From: Phoronis australis
Taxonomy: Eukaryota; Animalia; Phoronida
Reading direction: 5' to 3'
Length of the DNA stretch: 64,000 nt
Assembly: GCA_002633005.1 (NCBI GenBank)
Contig: NMRA01000023.1
Coordinates: 1,050,194 to 1,114,193, forward strand
The notes beneath the pieces are model-generated. The model did no database searches, had not been told where the DNA came from, and saw only the letters and a program-made list of their open reading frames with translations. How positions within the stretch are numbered: the stretch's first letter is position 1; each line of letters opens with the position of its first letter. A program made the position numbers and the translations under genes. Of this stretch, positions 1-11,719 are shown one piece after another.

Positions 1-358
1 TGGAAGTAATCATTAGTGCCAAATGCAATGGGTCTCAATGGATTAGTCGACCCAGAAAACCTATGATGCGATGTTTGAAGCAAGACGACACACTAATCTG
101 TTCGTGTGAAGTTGTGCGACTCAAGTAGATTTGGCGGCCATCTTGGAAAATGGCGGACGGTGTCACCACAGCCATGTAAAACCATTTCCAATGGATTTGT
201 TGACCCACAAAACATAGGTAAACCTTTTTGAATTTTTACTCTATCACATTCCAGTCTTGAGTTATGGTGCGCATCAGAAAATCTGGCGGCCATTTTGTCC
301 GCCATCTTGAAAAACCAACTTCCGCCACTCCGATTCCGGTAGACTTTTTTTTCCCACT
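1..358. repeat. Terminal part of a probable DNA-transposon-derived repeat
   Basis: Internally repeated motifs: aatggatt(a/t)gt(c/t)gaccca(g/c)aaaac at ~37 and ~190, and ggcggccat(c/t)ttg at ~133 and ~284. No coding signal; family not identifiable from sequence alone. Confidence 0.3.
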
Positions 359-1217
359 AAGGGGCGTGAAAGGATACGATTTATGCAATAAAACCTTCTG
401 TTGCAATTTTTTCTGGGTTATCCGTAGAATGACTGGACTATTAGTGGTCATTTTGGGGCTTGGAAGGACTTAACAGTACGTGAGCCCTTGTTGAGATCAA
501 GGTCAGTTTATGATCTGTGCATGATCTCTGTCAACAACACGTCTTTCCGAGGCCATAAACCACCATTGGGCAGAGCTGAGAGCACGGTGAGATCAGTTTT
601 GAAGCGGTAAGTGGCCCAGTTCAAAAGCTTGTCGCGTTACAAGTACCCTGGAGGTTTATACAAAGCAAGGGCGATTTCCATGAGCAAAAAATGTGCCCAA
701 GCAATTGAATAAATCTTGACTAAAATCTAAATGTGTTCCTTTTTTGTGATCACGAAACAAAATATTGCAATAATGACCGTAATAAACGTATCTCGTTGTT
801 TATGTTTTTTAACCATGTCAACTGGCTTCACCAGCTTCTCTTAAAATCCTCAAAATCTAAAACGTGTGATTATTAACAAAAAGATTTTTCAAGTTTTAAG
901 GGTGATTGGCTTAACCTTCGTTACCAAGGATCAAACTTCGTGAAATAACTTTTGTAAATATCAGCTGTATGTTCATGGAATTATATACATGTGTATTTTC
1001 AAAATTATCCATGTTTACAGAACCTTATAATGTGCACAAAATAAAAACCAGGTGTTTTTTAGTCATGTGATTGATTTTTCTTTTTAAAATTCTTGATCGA
1101 TTTAATTTCAAAGGACACGTTTATTTCGCATCAAACTTGCATATTCTGTTTTTATGCTATCTTCTGCCAAACTTTGTCTGTGTTTCAAAGCCACTTCTGT
1201 CAAAATGAAGGCCTTAA

Positions 1218-2505
1218 AGGAGCATGCCACCCAAAAAACAACCTAATTTGTATCAATTTAGATCGAGTAGTTCTACTCCGTAACGACACGTGCGGTTGCG
1301 TTACCTGACACCTGACGGCAGACGGAGTTGTTGAAATTATCACTGTAGCCTACAAAGTTCGGCAGGCTAATAAGGTCCGTAGCAGGAGTTTGGGGTGTGT
1401 GTCGGAGATAATTTCGAAGTATTTTCCATGAGATACAGACAGGAGAGCCTAGACCTGTGTTGTTTAGACTTGTGATTTTCGGAGTTCTAAACACAAAACG
1501 CTTGTTATCCTGGCCAGTTGCTCGGAGCCCGATCAGGCCATTCGCGGCCGGCCGGATTGACTCGTTATCCCGGCCAGTGGCTCGGAAACTGATCAGAAAT
1601 CACGAACAAACCAGCCAAAGTTCAGTGGAAACTAAACTTCCAATCAGGAAAAAACTATACTAGTTAGCCAAAGTTATGTGCACGTGATTATGTGTGTGAA
1701 TTAGCCACGAAACTGCAAATCTACTTACTCGTCGGGGTCCGCGAATTCAGTTCCGCTTTGGCCACAGCACCGTCAGGGCAGAAGTTGTACATTGACAATC
1801 ATAATTTGAGTAATATAAATGTAAATAAAGATTCCCCTAACACCTGGTAATGGGGTGGAAATCGAGTTGTTTCACCACAGTTTCTGCCAGCAAACACTAA
1901 ATTAGCTTGAGCTCACACGATCTCGGTGCCCGTCAATTAGTTTCATTGCACCTAAAGCCGGTAACGCAGGTGATTTATTCATTGCTGGCTTCTCAAATCA
2001 TTTCGTGCACTCACGTTAAGTCTTACAGGCTATCAATTCCAACAGGAATACAGTGATGAAGGAATACTAGAGAGGCGCCGTGAACAAGCTCAGACAACGG
2101 AACGTATGGAGTTATTTGGTAAGCCGGTATTCGTGAGGCACTGTCGTCTGCAGGCCACAGAGACGGAGATGTTTCACGGCCTCATACTTGCTATTTACAT
2201 CGTACATTTCATTCTTCACTACCATGAGCCACTTCCTAAGCATTTCAGACTCTCGAGGACGTAAAAAAACGATATACTCGCTTTCCTCGCGGCTGCTTAG
2301 TTCGGACAAGCGGGAACGATACACCGCAACAGAGCGGCATTCACTCTGCATATGAACCACTGACGTCGCTAGCGTCGTTTCTCACCTTCGTCACAGGTTA
2401 ACGCGACACCTCTTGGCAAGGTATGGTCGACCGTATGCGAGGCGATGTGGAAATAGACCGATTAAGACGGCAAAAAAGACTAATTAAATCGGGTGGCATT
2501 CGCCT
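1218..2505 (-). mobile_element. Non-autonomous Kolobok-like DNA transposon with decayed THAP-domain remnant
   Basis: TTAA on both sides (1214-1217, 2506-2509). Imperfect TIRs AGGAGCATGCCACCC and AGGCGAATGCCACCC (rc). Minus strand ~2140-2360 reads, with a frameshift, SISFFYV..RESEMLRKWLMVVKNEMYDVNSKYEAVKHLRLCGL, which resembles a THAP domain (F..P...R.KW...RLC..HF). Confidence 0.65.
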
Positions 2506-2603
2506 TTAAAGTGACATTACCGCCCCGATCTGGAAAGTCCAATGTTCTTCTGGCAGACCTGTATCTCACTTCATAAATGTTAGAGCATTTCAAAGGAATT
2601 TAA

Positions 2604-3100
2604 AGTGACATTATCGGTAAGAAAAAAACTTTTTTCTGCAGACAATCCCGATTAAAGAATCGAACCTGAAACTCACGTCGCAGCCAAACGCTGTGCAGCC
2701 CGAGTTAAATCTCAGTGAAAGGCAGATAATTTTTAGCGTATTTAACTGGTAAAGTCGCCGGCTTTGATTTCAGCGAATGTCTGGCAAACAATGGAGAGTT
2801 GGTCATGTGTAATAAGATCACAAAAACATCCATATCTCTGGTCACAGCTAATAACTTCAAAAATTCTATCCCGACCGACAAGAATCGCGAGAATGTGCTT
2901 TTTGATCACAACAATAACGTTTTCAATGGAAAATCACTGACACACTTTCGTACTTAATAGAATAGAAAAACAAAATTTACAAGTTTCTCGGAAAAACCTC
3001 GTCAGTGGAAAGTACGTTGAGGAAAAAAACGCATTAAGCAAGACTTTGCGATGATCGAGAATTTTTAAATTCATAGTTTTATTGGTTTACTATTGTCACT
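2604..3100. mobile_element. Second short Kolobok-like non-autonomous element (approximate ends)
   Basis: Begins ttaa-AGTGACATTA; the same start also occurs at 2510. Ends ...TATTGTCACT-taac, a 10-bp near-inverted match with an imperfect TSD. Confidence 0.35.
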
Positions 3101-3330
3101 TAACAAGTTATTCAAGAATCCAATCCACGGCAACGAAGGTAGCCCATTACTAGCTTTGTGTTTCGTCAATGCATACATTGTTCATTTCCGCAAAACGATA
3201 TTCGGTGTTCAGGCAGAATAGGGAACATTATTTTAAACAAATAAACACTGGAACTCTCATATTAACAGACAAAACAGTCGTTTACATTAACAATTGCGAA
3301 ACAGTCCCGACTGTGCAATTTTATACTTAC

Positions 3331-3822
3331 TGGATTCCCCAAATGTCCGAAGAGTGACTGAAGTCTATAATCTTGATATCCAGCCCGTTTTCAGTCGGGT
3401 TCAACACTACACTATCGCACTTGAAGTCATTAACTAATACGTCATTAGCGATGAACGTCTTGAGTGCGTTCGCAACCCATAATATCAACTTGGTCCACTC
3501 TTGCATGGTCAGTGGTAATCCCGTTTTAAAAGCTTCGTACACAGATATTCCTGGTACAAAATCAATGACAGCGCCTACTTGCTCAGCTCCGCCTTTTTCT
3601 GTGTCTGATATGATCCCGTAAGCATATGGCACCAGACCAGTGTCTTGCAACTTTCGGAGAGCAGTGAATTCCTGCTCAATAGTTCCCGCTCTTTCGCTAG
3701 AGGCAGCTTTAAGACATGCTGGCTTTAACGTCTCATCGTCCATAACTAAACTTCCCAAGAAAACCATTCCAACGTTGCCCTGGCCAATGAATAATCGCTG
3801 GCCGTCTTTATTCAATTTGTAT
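3331..3822 (-). CDS. Protein kinase domain exon (subdomains I-VII) of an atypical Ser/Thr kinase or pseudokinase
   Basis: Open 492-nt exon bounded by ttctag| and |gtaagt. Motifs: GQGNVG Gly-rich loop, ACLK (beta3 Lys), EQEF (alphaC Glu), VNDFKCDS catalytic loop, IIDFS in place of DFG. A 43-nt exon at 4864-4906 fits the phases upstream. The downstream C-lobe exon was not found. Confidence 0.82.
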
Positions 3823-5642
3823 CTAGAATTAAACATTTAATGGTGTCACGCAATTTATAACAGGGTCCAGTGTCAAATCATTTTGCTTCAAATTGAACTC
3901 GAATCTATTTAAGCATTTTCCGTTCTCCTTTAAGGTTATTGAGTACCCAAGTAAATTGTCTCAGTTTGGCTTATTTCAGAGCAGTATATTTGAGAAACGG
4001 AAAATCTAATTCATTTGAAATTTCATTAAGATACTGTGTTCTGAGCAAAGTTGATTCCAAAATGTTTTGAGTAATTCCATGTCTAATGTTCCACTTTTGC
4101 GTAAGGGGCATTAAAAACTGCTTTTATCAAATAACTTAAAGGTTGCATGAAACGAAACCCAAATTATGATAAAAATGTTTGAGTTTTTTGAGATTTCGTC
4201 ATTAACATTAAGATTAAATGAAAATTCGTCATCGACGGGATTGCTACCAATGTTTCTTTTGACATTTCCTCTTTTTCACTAAAAATCAAAATTTTACTAA
4301 AAATGCTTGTTCACGTGACCAAATTGCTGGAAGTTTGTCAAAAAATCGATTTTCCAGGCTTTTTATTTTGAGAAAACATGTGCTTTCACGAATTTAGGTT
4401 CTACAGTTTAAAAATATTTCGGTAAGTGTATAGACTTGTCGATAAGGTCCAGCATAACCTTGCGCGAACTCGAGAATAGTATCGGGTGCTGGGATGTAAT
4501 ATTTCTTCTCGAGATCGAACTCAAGATTGTTTTTGCCATTTTCTATCCTATTCTTGTGAGGTACACACAAGAGAATTTGAGTTCAGACTCGAAGTTCTTG
4601 GTTTAATACTTGGGTCACTAAGCGCAAAATACTATTGCACAGTCCTGTAAACCGACTCGAGTACAGAATGATGTATATTGACTTGGAAGTCTAGGAGAAC
4701 GGAAGATGTTGAAAATAATTCGGAGGGTGATTTTGGGTAAAGAGATTCGAGCTCGGTACCTGGTGACCAGATACATGTAAGCACTCCCCAACTACACTGT
4801 CAATTTATATAAAACAGGCAGTAAACGTTAAACTGTATTGATAATATCCTGGTAGCGCCTTACATATAAGTCTGTAAGATATGACCGCTCCCGAAAAATG
4901 GAGTAACTGTGTTTAAAAGAACAACTTATCCATTAAAAACTTTAGAATGTCCTCTATAGAAGTCACTCCACGTCGAAAATTTATCTTTGTTAACGTTTCC
5001 ATCCTAAAATTTGAGAGTATGGATAAGTTGTGCCCTCGGCTTCTCGATACAATTTCCAGGGCATTATTCAAACCCTCACCACGGGCCGCAGAACACTTGC
5101 CACGGAGGTGAGCCATGACCATTCATGGGTCGAAGAATCCTTACCAGTCTTCAAAAAGTACTACCCATGCCAAATGACGTCGTATGGATGTCGCAAGCCA
5201 TTGTTTAACTTGCGAGATCCATGACACGGGCGTTAGCGCGTAGCACGGTTATCGCCTATGGTGCACTACCATTGTTTCATTCGTTGCGTATTTGTTGGAC
5301 ATAACAATGCAGGTCGCACGGATATCGTACCTTGGGCGCGCATCAGCCGGTTACCGATAAATGCTTACCATTAAGAAAAAGAAAGTGAACGATGGATAAG
5401 CTTATCCACCGGTCTCTAGGCGACGACGTTGCGACCTAGTTACCAGCGGGTAAGGATCGCAACTCACCACAAAAATCTTATCTTATGCAACACTTGCTCT
5501 AGAAACTACTTGTTCTTTGGGAGCTGCTAAGTGTTTGATGGAGACTAATGGTGCTGCTCCTAATGGTAAATGTTCTTTAAGGGTTGGATCCCTCTGCATA
5601 GCCCATATGTATGCTGGCCGTCAATTGCAAAAACATAATGTA

Positions 5643-7033
5643 CAGTACAGCCACTGAATTATTAGACTCTGTCCGGTGTCTCTCCGGTCTAGCCACCCGT
5701 GACCGTAACCGGAGACAGACCGGAGAGTGAGGCGTGAATCAACCGTGACAGCTGGCGTGAGCCTAAGCGTGACTGTACCCGGAGCTTACCGTGAGTTAGG
5801 CGTGAGTTTACCTGCATCGCAGATGATAAAGTAATTTATTAAAATTACATCAGTAACTAGCAGTGATGTGTGTATTCTCATAGACTTTTGCTCATGTGAG
5901 GTTTTTTTTTTTGAAATCGCCACGTGCAGTAAAAGACCAAAATTTCTGTCTCAAATCTTAAGTCACTTCAGAAAACAGACCTGTGAAATTTACTTTTCAC
6001 TTCTATATAATTGTTTGTTCTTTATATTAACTAATAAAGAATCTTAACACGCGTGTACACGGCGGGAATTATTCAATTGCCTTCACGATATGAAGGAGTA
6101 TAGCATGTCAATTCTGAGCACATTGATCCCAAGTTCTGGCATCATGCGGAGAAAACTGATTACGCCCATGCATTTGACGAGTCAAATAGATGACCGCTAT
6201 TATTATTTTAGTGAAGAAGTACCCCGGGGATACTGTGTACTCAGTCGAAACGCGTGTACTATGGGGAGGGGGCTACAGATATTTGAACTGCACTACGGAT
6301 TCAGGACTTTTAAGTCAAAACATTTGCTTGCAGTAAGGGATGGGTATGTCAGAAGGGCGGCATATTGAAATTTTCTGTACGCCAGTGCGGTGCAAAAATT
6401 TACGGAGTGACACAATACTTCACAACATGCGCAGTCTATTTTTGGGGCGAATTAACTATATCCACCTGTGACAAGTTTCAAGGAGTCCACAGCCTTGTAA
6501 AGATGACTCTGAGCACAGGGTCGCCTTTATTCGTATTTACTAACCGTGGTTACTGTACATGTTTGTCGTTGATGGGACTGGCTCTTAGTCGTAAATTGAA
6601 CATGTATATGTAAGTGTAACACAAGACGAGCTGAAGCCTGTATGAACAACACGTGGAATTACAGAGTTAGTCGGAAACCAAGTGTGATAGATGACCGCTT
6701 GCAAAGATACTCTATAATATACTATAATGTCTTTGCAACTTGACCGAAACGACAGGCAATCAAGACGTTACATGTATTTTTACTGATTAGCCCAGTGCTC
6801 TACCATGGTTACCACAGCTACCGAAGGCGTGAAGAAAGCGTGAGGTAAGCGTGACGGAGGCGCGAAGAAAGCGTGAACGAGGCGTGAGGACGGAGGTAAG
6901 AGTGAGGACTACCCGGAGAGTAGGCGTGAGGCGACCGTGAGTGATTTCTGTCACGCCTGTATTCCGGTTGCGCTCCGGTCTGGCCAGACGTGAGGTAGCC
7001 CGGACGAAGTCTAAACATTCAGTGGCTGTACTG
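5643..7033. mobile_element. Non-autonomous TIR DNA transposon (TA target duplication, CAGT termini; Tc1/mariner-like ends)
   Basis: TA at 5641-5642 and 7034-7035. About 35-bp TIR: CAGTACAGCCACTGAAttaTTAGACTctGTCCGG versus rc CAGTACAGCCACTGAAtgtTTAGACTtcGTCCGG. Subterminal CGTGA arrays; no transposase ORF. Confidence 0.8.
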
Positions 7034-7495
7034 TAGCTCTCTTGTAAATCGTTTCTTGATGTGGTTTCTGAGCTCGGCAAGAACTAAGAGTCCATAATTC
7101 TTCGAGAACAATCCAAGCAAGTTGGCTTGTCTTGGCGTGTCTCTCATTATGCAAAGCATTGTGTTGAGCCTCAACGAGCCACGCTTTTTCTCCAAGGCTA
7201 GAAACTACCTCTCATCTGAGTAAGGAACAAGCTCAAGCCTAATCCATAACGGCAAAAGGTACAAATCGTTTCGTTGACGGAACGCTGGTTTACAGACGGT
7301 TTGCTTTAATCAATTTAGTAAAAAGTCACCAAATTAAAGATAGATTCTAACAAATTCAGAAAGACATAGAAAACATAATTTGACCCAATTTTGCGGGCAT
7401 TTTCCACAGTTTGCCCGTATTCATGATGGCGCTGCTCGCAAAATTGTCATGATACCATTCCGCCTACAGTGGCTGCCAAGGCAGGTAAGAGAAAC

Positions 7496-10400
7496 CTGAC
7501 GTGACATTTTCCTTGACAACAAGTTTTGAATCAGCTCGGTAAATAAGCAAGGAAGAAAAGCAAAAAATACATTTAAATACATACTTAAACTCGTCCACAT
7601 GAAGATATTTTCTTTTACCGGGTTTGCCATCGGGTTTTATAAGTCTTAGAAGTCCTCGTTGTTCTAGAGACTCTTTTCTTTCCTTCAGGTTGAAGAGGGA
7701 CTTCGGTCTGCTTGAATGGTTTTGTGGAGCAGGGTGGTCCGTGCGAAAAGAGGAATCGAGACACTGTACCGATTTTGAACAGATTTTCTGAGTAAACCTC
7801 TTCTGTGACACCTTTTGATTGCCCATGGCTTCCTTCGGTAATTCAACGTTCTTTGATGACACTACACTCGGACTTGCCAACAGTCCAGATGTATCTGTTT
7901 TTGAGTTGAGGAATTGAGTTGCCATTATATTCAAATGCGTGTACGATGTAAGGTCCATCATGGATCCGACACTCCGTGTAATTGGTATGTCCGTGTTCTC
8001 ACTGGGTGGCGTATCTGTTAGTTCAAGAACACTTTGAGGCACCTTTATTTCCATTTCACTTTGTGGCCCAATAGGACTTAACGTAAACATTGGATTTGGG
8101 AAAGGCTGGACAGGACTTGTTGTAATCACTTTAATTCGCGTTGAGCACGAGCTTACTTTTTTGGTGGCGTTATTCTTGCTTGGTTCTGGGGACAGTAGGT
8201 TTCTGTTTGTCCAATCACCACGACTTGGATCAGGAACGACCCTTTTCAGGGACACAGAAGAGTAAGTAGGAGAACGATAGGGTTGGCGACTACTCTCGTT
8301 TGTATTTGACCATGGCCCTTTAATGGTTACGTCATTTTCCTGAAATTTGTACGAAATTACTGTGGGTTAAACAATTGTCCTATTCGTGAGAACCTGATTG
8401 TTTAAGCTACACAGCAATTTTTTCTATGATTATGAATATCGACCAGCCTGTATCAATTTATCAAGAATATTTGCTTTTAATTTTTCGTCATCCGTGATTC
8501 AAGACGTAAATTAGGTCAAAAGGTTTTCAAAAAGGATGTGATCTGTGAAGGAGAATGCTACCTTTTAAATACCCGTTTGGACAGGTTCGTATATTTAGTA
8601 AATCTAAATCCGTTTAGACAATTTATATGAAAAGATACTATTTTTATGGTTTTATTAATTTTATGTACAACGACGGATGAGGCTGAAAATACCTTTTGTA
8701 GTAAGTGGAATGTGGTAAAATGACAAAAAAGTGAGATGACACTCTCCTTTAAAATGTCCAGCCAACCCAACTGGCCTCGTCAATTATCCAGTGACGTTAA
8801 ATAACTTATAGATTTTGGTAAGTTCACAAGAACTCATCAGGTGACAAAAAATTCCTGGAGTGGGGAGATCACTAAGAAAACATATTAATGATTTTGGAAA
8901 GTCATATGTCTCGAGAATAAATCAACAACGCAAGTGGTATCATCTATTTCTTATCTCCTGCAAGTTCAGTGAACCAGGAAGATGAGTAAACTGGCTTTAA
9001 AAATTTAATTCAAAAATCCGAAATTTTTGTCACAACTTTTTTCTTGTAGAACCTGTACAATCCATGGATTCATAAATACAGTATGTCTTCTTTGTCATTT
9101 GAACACTTACCGTATGTCTTATGGAAGCGTCTAAACCAAACAAACAAAGTGATTCCATAGATTTGTTTCATAATCCAATTGTATTAATTTAGAATATTGT
9201 CTTGGGTTCAGTTATTCCTAAACAGCCACTTAAAACGAGTTTGGCACGAAATTTCCCGGCGTTTCCGCTTCAAAGCAGCCACCTACTAGAACTACTACTT
9301 ATAAATCAGGTATGTTGGGCGCAAAAAGCTGGCCATTTTTCATCAAAATGATGTATACATAAAATATGCACTCCTACATGTAGTATGACGACCATAATTG
9401 ACTTGAATAGGTGTAATTTAAAACGGGCAGTGATCGAAGTAAACAAACCAAGGAAACCCCGATCCGGTGGGTTAACCCCAAACACGTTCAGTGCATAGAA
9501 GGCGAGCCCAACTGGAGGTGATGTGATCGGTAAACTTCCGACCAAGCACGCGCATTGATGTCGACACACGGAATTTCGTGTGTCGTTCATCATGTTTCCA
9601 AAGGCCTTATCCTAGAATATACGTTAGTGTATATTTTTTGTTAATTTCACGATAATTGAAATTTCCAGCAACACAAACGTTATTAGGATTTGCTGAGCTT
9701 GTGCGTAGCTTGACCCAGCCACCAAATACCACAAGTATTCAACAGGCTGACCAAATTCGGCAGTGGTTGTCGACAGGGTGTCATCAAAGCTACGACTGAG
9801 GTGACATTATTATATTCCATCCCTGTTAACAAAATCAATATACTGGGTATAAAGTGTCGTAAATTGTTAATTTTCCTGATACTAAAAGTAATGTTGGCCA
9901 AAATACAGAAGAAAGCCCCATTTGTGATAGCTTTGAATATTTCTAATCAAAGCATTCATATTTACTTTCATGAAATACTACCAAACTTCAGAAGTTATCT
10001 GTGTCACTAATTACCACCTGATTATCACCTTTTTGACAGAAGTAACAAAGCGACGAGAGCCTTAGAACAAAGGAAATTTTCTTGGACAAATTTCACTGTG
10101 ATTGGCTCTGTTATAGCCTGGGGGTGGCATGCGTGGTCCATGAAATTCGTGTTCAATGCAAAACAAGGACTCACCGGTCAAAAATCAATCAATGTTGCGA
10201 TTCACCTCCTAGCCGCGTTTATATCTGAATGTCTCTATTTGGTCACGCACTTGAATACTTCTGGCTACCACAATGCTGGCCGAGTCAAACTACTCAGTAA
10301 TCCAAAATCACGGATACTAGTTCCATCACTGGTAATTTCAATTATCCCGATATCAATAAGACACAATGTACGCCCTTTTGGTAAGATCATAAATATCAGT

Positions 10401-11719
10401 GGAGGAAAATGATTATCGAAATAACACCTTGACTTGCTTACCTGCTATACATGCAGACGTCAGAACTATTCGAATGTTTCGATTGGATGTTTTCGTATTT
10501 TATCATGCACATCCATGATTAAGAAGTCAAGTAAGCCAATTTGAAAGGGCGTAAAATTTAATAGATCGATATCTTTTTACTAGAGCGCGACCACACAGCC
10601 AAACTGGGGGTACATAGTCGAAAAAAATTGGAATACAACGCGTAAGCGCTGGTGAACTTGTGGTGACTCACAATTTCGCGTTCCCATTTAATGTGTAATT
10701 GAAATTCTCTCTTGGAAATCACGTCTACTCCTTACCGACCAGAAACATTAATCGTCTCCTCAAAATTAAAGCAGTGTTTTACCAAGATTTTTGGGAATCT
10801 CAGAAGCCATCGCTCCGAAGATGCTTGAGATGATTCATAAACTCCGAGGGTGACGATACACGTATACTGAATAGAAATAAAATAGGGTTGCCTCAATTTA
10901 GTAACTGGTTGCTCGGAGGGCATGAAACAAGGTCCCCCCCTTCCATTTGGTGATGTGGCCAAAAAGGTCCGCCTCGGGAAACAAAAAGCCTGAGAAAACG
11001 AGGAAAAAGTCCAAAGGAGTTCGGCGCGAATGACCAATTCAAATGTTTGAAAGTAGTACCCGTTTTATTTTATATTTTTTCATTTTTTAATCCCCATTTT
11101 CTTCAGTAAATTGTCTGCATACTGAAAAATTCGAAACCCCCCCCCCCTATATTTTGGGCTGGGTGCGCACATGAAATTTCAACAAATAGATATCTTTAAA
11201 TTCGAGGTAATAAATTCGTCGTCGATATTGCTCTCTGCTTTCGAGTCCGTTACCGGTGGTGGATCCTAGTTAAATCGCAGGTCCCAGCAAACAGGTCGCT
11301 TAGTCTTAGCAAACGTGGAAAACTTCCATGTCACTGATTGCTTCACATGCAGTTAAACATTGGGTGGTCATTTATAGAAATTTGTAGATAAGGGATTTTG
11401 TTCCTAAAGATACTGACGATAAATATTATCGAACACCTTTGATCGATAGAGTACTTAGAGAAGTTTTGGTACCATTCATTATGAACACTTCATGCCTAAT
11501 GTTCAGATTTTATATACCTTGAGCAAGTTGAAGTTGCCAATTACGACCCCAAAGCATTCAGCATCCTATCCTATAGCCCCCCGCTCCCCAGAACCCTATG
11601 CCCATAGCTAAGCTAGCACCCTGACCACATGTTACGTTACAGGCACTTACCTGTTTGATGACCGGAGCTGCGTTTAGAGAAGTAACTTTTCTTTTGCGGA
11701 AACAACAAAGAGCAAGCAT
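7496..11719 (-). CDS. Putative N-terminal exons (Ser/Pro/Thr-rich, probably disordered) of the kinase gene
   Basis: Long open exon 7496-8339 (acceptor tttcag|GAA) contains the 263-aa ORF and is phase-compatible, via exon 4864-4906, with the kinase exon. Candidate first exon 11651-11719 (MLALCCFRKRKVTSLNAAPVIKQ|gtaagt) and another donor at 9110. Exon linkage is inferred from phase only. Confidence 0.5.

Noticed and set aside
500-580. Possible kinase C-lobe exon on the minus strand (SAQWWFMASE..., resembling an APE motif)
   Set aside because: It stops after ~23 codons with no subdomain IX (DxxSxG); probably chance.
2975-3010. Hammerhead-like CTGACGA...GAAAC on the minus strand
   Set aside because: Extra bases before GAAA, only a 2-bp helix II, and no helix I.
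6787-7080. Repetitive ORFs (LTLTSVLTPRSRF...)
   Set aside because: They are translations of the transposon's 11-nt subterminal repeat array.
8815-8845. CTGATGAG plus hairpin on the minus strand
   Set aside because: No GAAA follows the hairpin.
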